Source of the DNA: a virus
Taxonomy: Duplodnaviria > Caudoviricetes
DNA length: 64,000 nt
Strand: one strand, 5' to 3'
IMG/VR virus record: IMGVR_UViG_3300005670_000019
In this document: positions 47,458-56,679 of the stretch, piece by piece
Layout: every line of letters starts with the position of its first letter
Position numbering within the stretch: the stretch's first letter is position 1
Notes under the pieces: generated by a model
What the model saw: only the letters and a program-made list of their open reading frames with translations
Databases searched by the model: none
Told to the model about the DNA's origin: nothing
Translations under genes and position numbers: made by a program

Positions 47458-49283
47458 CAAACTTGAGCGGAAGTATCTTCCTCTTCCGCTTCCTCCTCAT
47501 TAGGAGGATACCAAATCTTGCTCTCTTGTCCAGGCTTCAAGTCCTTGCGCTTGATATGGAAAATCACAGGAACAGTTCGACCCTTTGCTCCAAAGACTTC
47601 GTACTTTCCGTCTTCCTTTCGATAGAGGATTTCTGCGAATCCAATCGAACGCTCGAAGTCTAGCTCTCCGAAAGTAAAAGTACGCTCTTCGTTGTCAGTC
47701 TTGCGCAGGACATGAAGAGTGGTTCCGTCCTTTTGAAGGACTTCAAACTTTTCATATCCAATACCAACAATATCCTCGGGTTCGATACTGTCGAAAAGTT
47801 GCTGAGTTGCAACAGGATCTTGGACCAAGTTTCCTTCGGAAAAAAGCTGCATTTCAAAATCTGCAAGCTCCATAGTCTTTTCAGTATATGCCTTGTTGTA
47901 CTCATAGGTGGTACGGAAATAGGCGTACTTTTCATCGCTTGGATGCTTCTTGTTCTTGATGAAGTGCTCTTCGCGAATTTGCACGACTTCTTCGGGGTCA
48001 TGCTCCGTACTATTTTCAGTGGTTTGCTCAGGAGCAACACTAACTTCTTGAACGTTTTCTTCACTCATGAGTTCATGATCCTTTTCTTGAGGAGTTTCAC
48101 TCTTTCCTTCAGTATACGATAATGGAGAGGTAATTTCAAGCAAAACGTTCCAGAGGTTACCACTTGAAGTTCTCTTTCTTTCAAATCCTAACTCTTTCAA
48201 TTTCCTCGCAAAAAGCTGAGATTTATAATGGGGTGGGTGCGGTACTCCATAAGTACCAAAAAACTTATCATATTGTTGCATTAGGAAATCTAATGTAACA
48301 TACACTTTAGATGATTTTTGCATTGATCCAAAGAAATGCACATCAAGTTTACGAATCCAGTTTTCGTTTACTTTTTCTTCATTTTTGTTCATGAACTTTA
48401 CATAACCATCCACAACTTTCGAAGGTTCATAATTGTTGTATGGTACATACTTCATTGCAGAAGATGCAATATGACTAAGTTCGTTGTCTGTTATAGTCGA
48501 AGGTTCTTCACAAAGAGATCGATATTTCAGAGCATTGGTCCACATGTCGTTCTTATAAAGAACACCTTTTGCGCGATCAGAAGAAAGTAATCGATGAATT
48601 GTGGTGTTGCGAACCCCATTTGGTATAAGGATGCCTTGATCAAGTCTTGCGCGAATTTCTGGAACGGAAAGTCCTGCCCAATGATGAGCAAGTGGCTTAT
48701 TTTGCTTTCCCGTCCCTTGTCGAACAATCGACCCAGATTTCTTTTCTGTAAAGAACCATTCTGGAAGTTCAGCTATTTCATGATGAGAGTTCTCGTGAAA
48801 GTGATAAACTCCACCTGTTCGGTGTCTGGAGGGTGGAACAACAACATAACCACCAGCTCCGCGAACATCAACTTTTTCTGCGATTGCGGAGATTGAGTTA
48901 TTGACTTGCTTCTTTGAAAAGAACCAAAAATGATGCCCTCCGGAACCCGTTTTGTAATTGAAGGTCTTTGGAAGCTTCGATAGAAGTGGATGAGTTTTTG
49001 TATCAAAATCAAGAACAACAAGGTGCTTTCCAGAAGGAAGTTCTCCTGTGCAAACGCCAAGATTTAGCGTTGTTCCGTATTTCTCATTCCAAGTTTTCAA
49101 CATAGATTTATCAGAAGAAGCAATCTTCTTCCAAGATTTTCTTATTCTTGGATGTTTTCCTGGGGAAATGCATTTCTCATTTCCACAAGTACATTTCCCC
49201 TCGTTGATTGAATGAAGAGGAAGAAAAGATATGCCGTGTTCATCAATCATTTTTGAGAATAGGTGGATGTACTTTTGCATCAT
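47457..49283 (-). CDS. Bifunctional primase/polymerase (Prim-Pol) N-terminal domain protein with C-terminal extension (608 aa)
   Basis: CTCG...C.SPGKHP, NLGVCTG, VVLDFD, TGSGGHHFWF, DVRGAGGYVVVPPS.H..G..Y, LPEW; PriCT-like GVRNTT. Confidence 0.85.
   Translation of the reverse strand: MMQKYIHLFSKMIDEHGISFLPLHSINEGKCTCGNEKCISPGKHPRIRKSWKKIASSDKSMLKTWNEKYGTTLNLGVCTGELPSGKHLVVLDFDTKTHPLLSKLPKTFNYKTGSGGHHFWFFSKKQVNNSISAIAEKVDVRGAGGYVVVPPSRHRTGGVYHFHENSHHEIAELPEWFFTEKKSGSIVRQGTGKQNKPLAHHWAGLSVPEIRARLDQGILIPNGVRNTTIHRLLSSDRAKGVLYKNDMWTNALKYRSLCEEPSTITDNELSHIASSAMKYVPYNNYEPSKVVDGYVKFMNKNEEKVNENWIRKLDVHFFGSMQKSSKVYVTLDFLMQQYDKFFGTYGVPHPPHYKSQLFARKLKELGFERKRTSSGNLWNVLLEITSPLSYTEGKSETPQEKDHELMSEENVQEVSVAPEQTTENSTEHDPEEVVQIREEHFIKNKKHPSDEKYAYFRTTYEYNKAYTEKTMELADFEMQLFSEGNLVQDPVATQQLFDSIEPEDIVGIGYEKFEVLQKDGTTLHVLRKTDNEERTFTFGELDFERSIGFAEILYRKEDGKYEVFGAKGRTVPVIFHIKRKDLKPGQESKIWYPPNEEEAEEEDTSAQV
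48111..48139 (-). promoter_or_regulatory. Internal sigma70-type promoter (TTGAAA-17-TATACT) inside Prim-Pol ORF
   Basis: -35 at 48139-48134, -10 at 48116-48111. Followed by AAGGA and an in-frame ATG at 48068. Confidence 0.6.
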
Positions 49284-49434
49284 CCATCTAGAGTAGAGGA
49301 GAGTTGAATAACACTCAAACTATATGAATAAGATCATTCTCAAGAGCATCACCTCAATCTAGGACTGGTGCTCTAATTGGTTATCTTCCACTACCTCAAA
49401 CTACAGTCAAAATTTGATTGACTGATATTTCAAA

Positions 49435-50283
49435 TTAGACAGATATTCCATACCTTGCATTGAAGTATTGTCTAATATTGGTCTGTTCTTGAGTGCTTAG
49501 TTGTTTGTTGAAAATTACCAACTCTCCAACTTCTCCAAGAGTTTCATCAAACACTCTCATATCAACAGCATTCAAGTTGTTGAAACCAACATTACTTGCA
49601 GATACAGGTGTGTTGTTATTTACTCTTACATAAGCTCTAGAGTCAGCAACATCACGATAGAATTCAACTAAGAATGGTTGATCTATGGAACCAACCGATG
49701 CTGTAACTCTTTGTCCAGTGCTCAGCCATGTAAATCCATAAACAACTGTCTCCACTTCAAACATGTGATATAGACCCCACCACCCTGGTGAATCACCAAC
49801 TATTCTATGATTTGTCCACCAAGAAAGATTTGAATCGGTTGCAGGCAAACGTCGAATTCCAACATAAAACACATGCCACGACGAACCGCCACTTGTACCG
49901 GAAAGATAGGTATTTTGGAGTCCAGCAATTCCATATGAACTGTCACTTTTTGAAACAAATGTTCTTGAGCCGCTTACAACTAATGCAAATGGCGAAGTAT
50001 TTACCCAAGAAACACTTCCGGTTCTTGGTGTCCACGAGATGACATTTCCTGTAACTTCTGCATCATCTCCAACCATCCAAAATGTAAGTGCAGCACTCGA
50101 TGCTTCATCAGGATTTAGTCCGGGATCTACGGGAGGAGTAAGATTTGGCTCGATCCAAGGATCCTCACTTGTAAATCCAATCACCGTTGGAAAGATCGCA
50201 TCATTAGGTGGAAAGGCATCAGTGAATAAAAAGTTGCTTCCACTCGCAGCTAATCTAAATCTGTATAAAGGTCGTTTGATCAT
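49435..50283 (-). CDS. LamG-like / lectin-like virion protein (282 aa)
   Basis: C-terminal GEVGELVIFNKQLS..E...IRQYFNARYGI is typical of phage LamG-like domains. Confidence 0.65.
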   Translation of the reverse strand: MIKRPLYRFRLAASGSNFLFTDAFPPNDAIFPTVIGFTSEDPWIEPNLTPPVDPGLNPDEASSAALTFWMVGDDAEVTGNVISWTPRTGSVSWVNTSPFALVVSGSRTFVSKSDSSYGIAGLQNTYLSGTSGGSSWHVFYVGIRRLPATDSNLSWWTNHRIVGDSPGWWGLYHMFEVETVVYGFTWLSTGQRVTASVGSIDQPFLVEFYRDVADSRAYVRVNNNTPVSASNVGFNNLNAVDMRVFDETLGEVGELVIFNKQLSTQEQTNIRQYFNARYGISV

Positions 50284-52085
50284 GAGCTGAAAATCAAATC
50301 AGAGTTATGGTGAACAATCGCAAGAGAACCTCCGCCAATTGTTCCAGAAACTTGAACTTCAACAAGAATGCTTGAAGTGATTATTGAATTGAGATTTGCA
50401 GAAGTAAGAACAGTTGGAGTTGTACTTGTTGTATTCAATTCAAAAACTCCTGCACCTCCAATTGGAAGATAATAACCATCTGTTATACTGAAAAGGCGAA
50501 GATGTGCTGTGTTTAAAGCATCACTTGTGCTTAGAATGGATCTCATTAGGATAGAGCCAGATTGATGTTCTGAAGATACAATATAGTTTCCCCCAACAGT
50601 TTGAGAGTTTGACTGAGTAACTGTTGTATAGTTTCCAACAGAAACTCTCGTCGGGAAAGATGAACCTCCACCACCACCACCAGTTGCAGCAAGTTGTGTA
50701 AGAGTGTAGCCGCCTGGATTTGAAGTGTCAAAAAATCTTAGATCGTTACCATCTTTTAGGATGTATGTATCATCTGCCCATGCAAGAGCTCCGGAGGTTT
50801 TAATTGAACCTCTAAATGAAGCATACCTTGCTGAAGAACCGGAAGTTATTGAGCCTGAAACTACTAAAAATTCATCATTGTTGGCGGAGTTATAGACAGA
50901 ATCAACTTGATCTGATCTGTCTGTAAGGTAAATCGTTCCATATCGTTCCGCAACAAATGTGTCAGGATCATCATATTTTGTTCCAACTTTCAGTTCGATA
51001 AAACCAGGACTCAAAAATGAATTACCAGCTGCTAAAGAAATTGTGCCAGGAGCACCATGAGTGCTGAAATCTGAACTGCCTCCATTTCCTGCCACAACAA
51101 CAAATCGACCACCGGCTCCAGCAACTTCATCAGTGTTTTCATCATTTCCACCATCTCCAAGATAGAAAGATACATCGCCACCGGCACCTGCATAAATTGG
51201 TCCTGAATTAGCTCCAGCATCACCACCATCACCAGTCTCGACATAGAAATTGCCTCCGGCACCACCGTTACCAGTGCTTCCGGCACCACCATTTCCAGTA
51301 TAAAATTCAACGCCTCCACCTTGTCCACCAGATGGACCACCGGAACCATTTCCGCAGTTGAACGAGAAATTGCCTCCCGAACCTCCTGCACCTTCTACGG
51401 TACCTCCACCAAAACCGGAATAGAATTCAAATCCGCCACCTGTGCCTCCGCCGCCTCCAAAACCAGAATTATCTTGGTTTCCTCCGTCTCCAGCAACAAA
51501 ATAATGCTTTCCGCCCGTACCACCCTTTTTATTTCCTGCTGTTGGACTGTTTCCAGTTCCGGCGTAGTATTCAATATCTCCACCTTGATATCCAATACTT
51601 GTGCCAGGTCCCAAACCAGCGTTACCGGCTCTAAGTTCCAAATTTCCGCCAGATCCAGACACCCCAACATTTGCAGCTCGAACAAGCAAATCTGTAATCA
51701 AACCTACTGAATAGTCAGAAACTTCTGCCATTCCGATCACAACTTCACTTTCCAAGTTTGGAACATTGGAAAACGTCAAAAAATACTGACCAAGAAAAGC
51801 GTTTGATTCCGCAACAGCTATCGTTCCCGAAACTTTTGTGTCTCCACCAAAGACAACAAGACCACCATTTGACTGATCAATTGTTCCTTTCGAACCGGAA
51901 AAGAAAATAAATGTGTCAGCTCCAATAGAACTTGTATTGAAAATTGCAGTGTTGATATTACCTTGGTTTGCCGGGGTTCCATCAGCAGAAATATCATAAA
52001 CCAGCAACTTTGCTGGAGTGCCTGTTGAACCAGACGTAATAAGTTTATTGGTTCTTACTTGTGAAGCTCTGAAATCGTATGCCAT
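50280..52085 (-). CDS. Glycine-rich tail fibre/spike-like protein (601 aa)
   Basis: About nine quasi-repeats of GG-x-[FVI]-x-[FLY]-x-x-G-x-GG; Ser/Thr-rich termini. Confidence 0.6.
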   Translation of the reverse strand: MAYDFRASQVRTNKLITSGSTGTPAKLLVYDISADGTPANQGNINTAIFNTSSIGADTFIFFSGSKGTIDQSNGGLVVFGGDTKVSGTIAVAESNAFLGQYFLTFSNVPNLESEVVIGMAEVSDYSVGLITDLLVRAANVGVSGSGGNLELRAGNAGLGPGTSIGYQGGDIEYYAGTGNSPTAGNKKGGTGGKHYFVAGDGGNQDNSGFGGGGGTGGGFEFYSGFGGGTVEGAGGSGGNFSFNCGNGSGGPSGGQGGGVEFYTGNGGAGSTGNGGAGGNFYVETGDGGDAGANSGPIYAGAGGDVSFYLGDGGNDENTDEVAGAGGRFVVVAGNGGSSDFSTHGAPGTISLAAGNSFLSPGFIELKVGTKYDDPDTFVAERYGTIYLTDRSDQVDSVYNSANNDEFLVVSGSITSGSSARYASFRGSIKTSGALAWADDTYILKDGNDLRFFDTSNPGGYTLTQLAATGGGGGGSSFPTRVSVGNYTTVTQSNSQTVGGNYIVSSEHQSGSILMRSILSTSDALNTAHLRLFSITDGYYLPIGGAGVFELNTTSTTPTVLTSANLNSIITSSILVEVQVSGTIGGGSLAIVHHNSDLIFSS

Positions 52086-52099
52086 GTTTATTCCAATAA

Positions 52100-52861
52100 C
52101 TATTCAAATGCCAATACATGTATTGGACTATTAATTTCTGCACTGCTTGTCAGTATAACATTGTCTGCATCTGCATAGGAACTTGAAAGTTGAACATCGA
52201 TATCTCCATTTCCAAGAGTATCAAACGCTGTAAACAAAACTCTACTAAATGAAGACGTTAATTCTGTGTATGGGATGCTAAACTCATTTCCAGATACCGT
52301 AACAGCATTTGCTGAAACCATGAAGGCGCTTCCTGTAAATGAACTGGTCACCACTACAGGATAAGTTGTAGAGTAGATTGCACGATATCTGATATTGCCT
52401 GCGTATGGTGCTGAGGTTCCAATGTCAAAACCAGTGGTGCTAACAGAAAGACCATAAGCAATGATATTCTCCCAACCTTCTATGTCTGGTTGGTCGGCTG
52501 GTTCTGCAATAGAGAAAACAACGTAGGGTGTTGAAGAAAAAGTAAAATTGAAGGCTTGATATTCATTGTCTGTGAAGTTGAATGAAACAATACCTTCATC
52601 ATATTCTCCAAGTGAAGATGTTGGAGGAGGTTCAGGAGAGCTTGTAATTGGTGTTGCCGCAACAAATAAACTTCCGCCATTGTCAACAACGAAGAAATCT
52701 CTATCCCTTACAATTTTTTGGAAATCAAATGATCTTGTTGTGCCCGAACCAACATCAACAAATGTGTATGTGTCGGGTTTTCTACGAATAAAACCATAGG
52801 TCTTCCTAAACAAATTAGGATTACGACCTATGGTTCTATTGAGACTTTCAGATGTTGGCAT
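52100..52861 (-). CDS. Probable virion protein (253 aa), beta-rich
   Basis: FNFTFSSTPYVVFS..VSTTGF..I.Y.A pattern resembles H-type-lectin-like tail domains. ATATTTAT motif upstream. Confidence 0.5.
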   Translation of the reverse strand: MPTSESLNRTIGRNPNLFRKTYGFIRRKPDTYTFVDVGSGTTRSFDFQKIVRDRDFFVVDNGGSLFVAATPITSSPEPPPTSSLGEYDEGIVSFNFTDNEYQAFNFTFSSTPYVVFSIAEPADQPDIEGWENIIAYGLSVSTTGFDIGTSAPYAGNIRYRAIYSTTYPVVVTSSFTGSAFMVSANAVTVSGNEFSIPYTELTSSFSRVLFTAFDTLGNGDIDVQLSSSYADADNVILTSSAEINSPIHVLAFE

Positions 52862-52916
52862 ACTTTCCGCTTACAAGTACGGATAAATATGTCATGTAAT
52901 GACATCCACGATCAGT

Positions 52917-54257
52917 TCATAGAACATCCGCAGCAAGCGATGCCAGTTCTGATCTCTCACCCTTCAATAGAGTTACGTGTGCTGCCAAGTTATATTCTTT
53001 GAATTTTTCAATAGCAACAGAAAGACCATTGTTGTAAGCATCAAGAGACAAAGTGTCAATTTGATCAACGTCTCCTGTCAAAACAATTTTGGTATTCTCA
53101 CCAGCTCTAGTAATGATTGTTTTCAATTCGTGTTGCGTCAAGTTCTGAGCTTCGTCAATAATGATGAAGGAGTTATGAAAAGAGCGACCTCGGATTAGAG
53201 AAATTGGTTGAAGTTCAATCGTTCCTTTTTCCATGAGCAAATCAATCGTTATTTCTGTTTGTCTTGAACGTTTCTTTCCACCCAAAAGAAAGTGAAGATT
53301 GTCAACAATCGGCATCATCCAGGGCATAGTTTTTTCTTCTGCTGAACCTGGCAAGAAACCCATTTCTTTTCCAACTGAAATCATTGGGCGAGCAACAACA
53401 AGCTTCTCATATTTCTTATCAAGAACCTGCTCCAATCCTGCTCCAACAGCAAGAATCGTTTTTCCATTTCCAGCTTTGCCGGTTAGGGTAACAAGTTTTA
53501 CATTTGGATCTTGAAGTACATCCAAAGCAAATCTTTGCTCCTTGTTACGAGGAGTTAGTTTGTGCATGTTGCTTTCTTTTACAAGACAAAATCCCTCTTT
53601 TTTGTTTTTGTAACGAAGGATTGCACTTGCTTTAGATTTCTCATCTTTGAAGAGCACAAACTCATTTGGATACAACTCCTCTCCAACCGAGAAGTCTAAT
53701 GGATCACCATTCTTCTCGCATTCGTGGAAATAGTCGATGGTTTCACGATCAATACCTTCTGTGATTACTCGGAAACCTTTATAAAATCCGTCTTCTTCGA
53801 CGTTGATTTTGTTCTTCTTATATCCTTGGACTTTCAATCCAACGCTATTTGCTTTGATTTGAAGTAGAAGGTCTTGAGTAACGAGAATGACTTGTTCTTT
53901 TGGATTGTTAGCCATCAAGTCCTTTGCCAAGGAAAGAATGACGTTATCGGGTTTTCCATCCATCTCTAATGGTTGCTTGAAATGATATTGCAAATCATTT
54001 GAAGAAAGTGCTCTAACTGTTCCATTACCCTTTTCAGTTTTGAAACCTTTCTTCAAATCAAATCCCTTTTCGAGATATTTCGATATGTTTCTTGAAAATT
54101 CTCTAGCATTCCTTCCAATTTCATCACTTCTTGTTTTGTGTTTTTCAAGTTCTTCGATGACGATAAAAGGAATAATTACCTCATTGTCCTCGAAGCTCTC
54201 AAATGAAACAGGGTCGGTTAGGATTACATTTGTATCGAGAACATAAACTTTTTTCAT
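52917..54257 (-). CDS. phoH: PIN-PhoH protein (PhoH2/YlaK-like)
   Basis: N-terminal PIN (YVLDTNV, EELE, DNVIL, LVTQD). PhoH ATPase motifs GKAGNGKT, GFLPG, RGRSF, IIDEAQN, GDVDQID. Confidence 0.92.
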   Translation of the reverse strand: MKKVYVLDTNVILTDPVSFESFEDNEVIIPFIVIEELEKHKTRSDEIGRNAREFSRNISKYLEKGFDLKKGFKTEKGNGTVRALSSNDLQYHFKQPLEMDGKPDNVILSLAKDLMANNPKEQVILVTQDLLLQIKANSVGLKVQGYKKNKINVEEDGFYKGFRVITEGIDRETIDYFHECEKNGDPLDFSVGEELYPNEFVLFKDEKSKASAILRYKNKKEGFCLVKESNMHKLTPRNKEQRFALDVLQDPNVKLVTLTGKAGNGKTILAVGAGLEQVLDKKYEKLVVARPMISVGKEMGFLPGSAEEKTMPWMMPIVDNLHFLLGGKKRSRQTEITIDLLMEKGTIELQPISLIRGRSFHNSFIIIDEAQNLTQHELKTIITRAGENTKIVLTGDVDQIDTLSLDAYNNGLSVAIEKFKEYNLAAHVTLLKGERSELASLAADVL

Positions 54258-54277
54258 ATCATTTCTCCGTGTCTTTA

Positions 54278-54673
54278 TCAAGACTCTTCTTTTTTACTCT
54301 TCTTTTTCTTTGGAACGTTTTCCTTGGAAGGAATCACTATCTCTTTCAAAGCATTTTTTGGCTTTTTAGAAACAGTTTCTTTCTTTGGTTTTACTTCCAA
54401 CTCTTTCACTTCTTCACCGGAAGTGTTTTCTTGTGTTTCTTCCGGATTGTTCAAATGTTCAACATATTCATTCCACTTTTCTTTTTTGATTTCGAAAGGT
54501 GGCGAAACAAACAAAGCCCACTCCGGCTCCACTTCTGTTTCGACGTTCTGCGAAACTTGTGGAGTTGGATGTGGGTTTCTATTTCCTTCAACTTGTAGAA
54601 GTTCATGTTTTGAAATTGGACGATTGGGATCAAATCCCAATTCTTGAAGTCTCGATACCATTTTTTTGTTCAT
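54278..54673 (-). CDS. Low-complexity charged protein (~131 aa)
   Basis: GAGGA RBS before ATG 54673; Lys/Glu-rich tail. Confidence 0.6.
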   Translation of the reverse strand: MNKKMVSRLQELGFDPNRPISKHELLQVEGNRNPHPTPQVSQNVETEVEPEWALFVSPPFEIKKEKWNEYVEHLNNPEETQENTSGEEVKELEVKPKKETVSKKPKNALKEIVIPSKENVPKKKKSKKEES

Positions 54674-54681
54674 TATTTTCC

Positions 54682-55239
54682 TCAACGATTGATAAAGTAT
54701 TCGTATGCAAACTTGCCAGCCATACCAACAATTGCTAAGACGAAAGCCCATGCAATTTTTGTGAAAGACTTACCATGTTTGATTGTTGTTCGCAAATCTT
54801 CATGGTCTTTTCCTGTAATACCCAGCAGCACACTGTTTTCTTTTTCAAGCGTATCAACTCTGTCTTCGATTTTATCAACCTTCTCAGAGTTTTCCTTTAT
54901 GGATCTATAAGATTTTCCAATATCTTCACTAAAATCATTCAGTGCTTCATTCTGTCCATGCACTTTATAATCAATGATCTTGATGCGAGCATACAAACCT
55001 TTATCGGGTTCATAGATCGAATCCGAGATATGATCAACTTGTTCAGCAACTTCGTCAATTGTTTTTTCAAGACGATTTTGCTGAGCTTGCATTTCTTTTT
55101 GTTGAATTTGGATTTCTCCAATCTTGTTCACAAGACGATCGAATCCATCATTGAGAGCGGGAGCTTTCTCAATACTAGATTTGATACTTGACATCAATTC
55201 TCTAATGTCTTTATCTTTTTGATTATCGTCTTTGTTCAT
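54682..55239 (-). CDS. Coiled-coil protein with C-terminal transmembrane helix (~185 aa)
   Basis: Heptad repeats, GLYARIK, then IAWAFVLAIVGMAG; start ATG 55239. Confidence 0.65.
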   Translation of the reverse strand: MNKDDNQKDKDIRELMSSIKSSIEKAPALNDGFDRLVNKIGEIQIQQKEMQAQQNRLEKTIDEVAEQVDHISDSIYEPDKGLYARIKIIDYKVHGQNEALNDFSEDIGKSYRSIKENSEKVDKIEDRVDTLEKENSVLLGITGKDHEDLRTTIKHGKSFTKIAWAFVLAIVGMAGKFAYEYFINR

Positions 55240-55278
55240 ACAACTTCTTGAACTGAGTGATACTCCTAAGTATTGATC

Positions 55279-56679
55279 ATGCCTACTTCTGTCGTACATA
55301 AAGAAACCTTGAATGATGAGCTTCTACGAATTTGCGAAAAGACACTTTCAAATTATGAAAAGTTTGGAAATCTCATAAGTGAAAATCTTGTACCGCTTTC
55401 TAAGGAAAGCTATCATTTTTTTACGAACATTTTACATCCAAACACAAGAGAAGAAAAAGTGTTCTACAACCTACTATTCTCTGCCTTGTTCAAAGCAGAA
55501 AAGATGGCTGGTGGCAGTTCATATTTGACTTTCCTGTCAGCAACAAATCTCTATAAAACACTCATTCATTCAAAAGAGACGCTTCCAATAAATCATGTTG
55601 AACTGAAAAAAGAATGGGATAGTTCTTTGGAACGTTTCAAACAAATTCTTGAAGACAACGCTTCTTGTATAACAGAACAGTATCTTGAGAAGTTCATCTT
55701 GGAGAATGTTTCAAATAGGAGTCTTGGAGTTTCTATTTTTGAAGCTTTGAAGATGGCTGGTTTGGAAGGAAGCATTTTTGTAGAAGATGGAAAGTCTGAC
55801 AAGTATGTCATTGAATATCGTGAAGGATTTCGATTCCCACTGAAAACTTACAACTTCTTTCTTCAAGGACAGATTGAAACAAAGCTACGAGACGCTAAAG
55901 TTTTGATTGTGGACGGCATCATCGAAACCGTTGGTGAACTTGATCAACTTCTATTGAAAAGTCAGCAAGAAAGTTGTCCAATGGTTATTTTTGCTCAAGG
56001 TTTTAGTGAAGAGATCATTGCCACCCTGAAACACAACATTGACCTCAACAGACTTAGAGTTTTTCCTGTAAAAATTCCAACTGAAATAGAAGCTTTGAAT
56101 GTTGTAAATGACATTGCTTACGCTTGCAATAGTGACATTGTCTCCTCGTTGACTGGACAAAAAGTGTCAATGACAAAATGGGAAGACCTAAAGGTTGTTG
56201 ACATGGTCATTTTGACAGAAAGAGAAACCAGCATTGTAAACCCAGCTTCAATGAAGGCTGTATCTCTACGCCTTCAAGAAATGATCAAACAAAGAAAAAA
56301 CTCGGTACCAGATGTTCAAGAGTTCATTGATAAGAGAATAAAATCATTCTCCCCTTCTTCTGTGGTTCTTCGTCTTCCAAACACTGATAAAATCTCAAAT
56401 GAAAATCTAAGAACGGAAATTGATATTCAACTCAGAACTATCAAGTCATTGAAATCCTGGGGCACCACAAACCTCTCAGAGGCTCTTCAAAAATACAGAC
56501 AGACAAGTTGCCAAACAAACATGGATCGAGCCTTGCAGCGCGTCCTGATGGCTCTGATTGGCTATCTAGGAGAAAGGGCGAGTGACGTTCCGTTGTTGAA
56601 CATCTACCTCGCCCTATATTTTTCTGGTAAACAAATGATTGAACTTTATTGTTCAGATGTTTTTGTCAAGATTGTGTGA
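55279..56679 (+). CDS. Divergent GroEL/Cpn60-like chaperonin homologue lacking the GDGTTT ATP motif
   Basis: IFEALKMAGLEGSIFVEDG..EGFRF, VLIVDGII, PMVIFAQGFSEEIIATLKHN, VKIP and DIA align by eye with the GroEL intermediate/apical domains. Confidence 0.8.
   Translation: MPTSVVHKETLNDELLRICEKTLSNYEKFGNLISENLVPLSKESYHFFTNILHPNTREEKVFYNLLFSALFKAEKMAGGSSYLTFLSATNLYKTLIHSKETLPINHVELKKEWDSSLERFKQILEDNASCITEQYLEKFILENVSNRSLGVSIFEALKMAGLEGSIFVEDGKSDKYVIEYREGFRFPLKTYNFFLQGQIETKLRDAKVLIVDGIIETVGELDQLLLKSQQESCPMVIFAQGFSEEIIATLKHNIDLNRLRVFPVKIPTEIEALNVVNDIAYACNSDIVSSLTGQKVSMTKWEDLKVVDMVILTERETSIVNPASMKAVSLRLQEMIKQRKNSVPDVQEFIDKRIKSFSPSSVVLRLPNTDKISNENLRTEIDIQLRTIKSLKSWGTTNLSEALQKYRQTSCQTNMDRALQRVLMALIGYLGERASDVPLLNIYLALYFSGKQMIELYCSDVFVKIV

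Noticed and set aside
50900-51700. PE-PGRS gene or DNA tandem repeat
   Set aside because: No PE domain. The repeats exist only at protein level with diverged codons.
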